From positions 1 to 24,000 of the forward strand of contig JANMES010000070.1 of NCBI GenBank assembly GCA_031377185.1: a DNA stretch of 24,000 nucleotides, written 5' to 3'. The stretch is from Phycisphaerae bacterium (GTDB lineage: Bacteria; Planctomycetota; Phycisphaerae; Tepidisphaerales; Tepidisphaeraceae). The notes beneath the pieces were generated by a model, which ran no database searches, was not told the origin of the DNA, and saw only the letters and a list, made by a program, of their open reading frames with translations. Positions 23,483 to 24,000 of the stretch are shown here, one piece after another. Each line of letters begins with the position of its first letter. Position 1 is the stretch's first letter. Made by a program: the position numbers and the translations under genes.

Positions 23483-24000
23483 TTACGGCTTCTGCGTCGA
23501 CAGTAACTTCCGTCCATCAGGGCTGGCTTCGTACGCCTTGCGGAAAAAGTCCGACGCTCCCGCGAAGTCCTTCTCGTGGGAGGCGATCAGGCCGGCGGCG
23601 TAACAGGCCTCGGCGGGTTGTGGGTTCAGGCGGATCGCTTCCTTGGCCATCAGCTTGGCGTCGTCCCACTTATCGAGCGCGATCAACGCCCAGGTCTTCA
23701 CCAACGCCGTCTGCCATGCCGGCAGTGCGTCAGGTTTGACGCGGGAGAGCAGGTCGAGCGCATCCTTGGGCGCGTTCTGTGAAACGAGGATGCGCGCGAG
23801 CATCACCTGCAACTCGGCGTTGTCGGCCTGAAGTTTGAGGTCCGCCTCGACTTCCGTCCGGGCTGCCTTGACGTCTCCGGAATCGAAGAGACGTCTGGCG
23901 ACCTGCATGTGACGGGCGGCTTTCTGGTCGTCGCCGTCAGTGACGACTTCTCGCGTGGTGAGCCGCCGCTGCAGGGTCGGGCCGTCCAACTTGCCGGAGG
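23483..24000 (-). CDS. TPR-repeat protein, C-terminal part (gene runs off the right edge of the window)
   Basis: Helical-repeat sequence with TPR-like A/L/Y spacing (AEACYAAGLIASHEKDFAGASDFFRKAYEASP). The frame stays open from 23989 to the window end, so the true start probably lies outside the window. Confidence 0.6.
   Translation of the reverse strand, partial: SGKLDGPTLQRRLTTREVVTDGDDQKAARHMQVARRLFDSGDVKAARTEVEADLKLQADNAELQVMLARILVSQNAPKDALDLLSRVKPDALPAWQTALVKTWALIALDKWDDAKLMAKEAIRLNPQPAEACYAAGLIASHEKDFAGASDFFRKAYEASPDGRKLLSTQKP

Noticed and set aside
1-24000. Looked for rRNA, tRNA, CRISPR arrays, transposase, integrase or recombinase genes, toxin-antitoxin pairs and known defence-system domains
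   Set aside because: None was found. Intergenic spaces are too short or lack tRNA-like conserved arms. No regularly spaced direct repeats occur beyond the heptad arrays. All long ORFs are accounted for by metabolic, membrane or cytochrome genes.

Overview
GC-rich bacterial chromosomal segment. The lipoboxes, Sec signal peptides and a C-terminal-Phe beta-barrel indicate a diderm. The haem and cytochrome content suggests an anaerobic or metal-respiring lifestyle, possibly Planctomycetota- or Deltaproteobacteria-like, but that is inference only. Layout: (1) 1-870 holds only the C-terminal half of a cytochrome P450, bracketed by two unusual palindromes built from tandem heptads. (2) 1025-2692 encodes a polytopic membrane protein of unknown function. 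(3) The minus strand from 15369 to 5781 is one co-directional, mostly codon-overlapping string: ccmE(CXXXY variant)-ccmF-orfX-ccmA-ccmB-ccmC-ccmD-hemA-cbiX-hemC-ahbAB. It joins a variant System I cytochrome c maturation pathway to siroheme-dependent (alternative) haem biosynthesis. pntAA and a fused pntAB-pntB follow on the same strand (5722-2760). (4) 15370-15821 is a divergent control region with a consensus sigma-54 promoter facing right and a near-consensus one facing left. (5) The main candidate system is a six-gene plus-strand cluster at 15822-23292. Its order is tetrahaem cytochrome c, NHL beta-propeller lipoprotein, pentahaem lipoprotein cytochrome, 671-aa predicted outer-membrane beta-barrel, second NHL lipoprotein, and an 11(+1)-haem cytochrome. 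I read this as a porin-cytochrome-type trans-outer-membrane electron conduit with integral NHL-propeller subunits that characterised conduits lack. (6) 23293-24000 is a convergent intergenic region with twin identical palindromes, followed by a TPR protein gene that runs off the window. I found no rRNA, tRNA, CRISPR array, transposase, integrase or recognisable defence genes. All functional calls come from reading motifs in the supplied translations. No database search was run.
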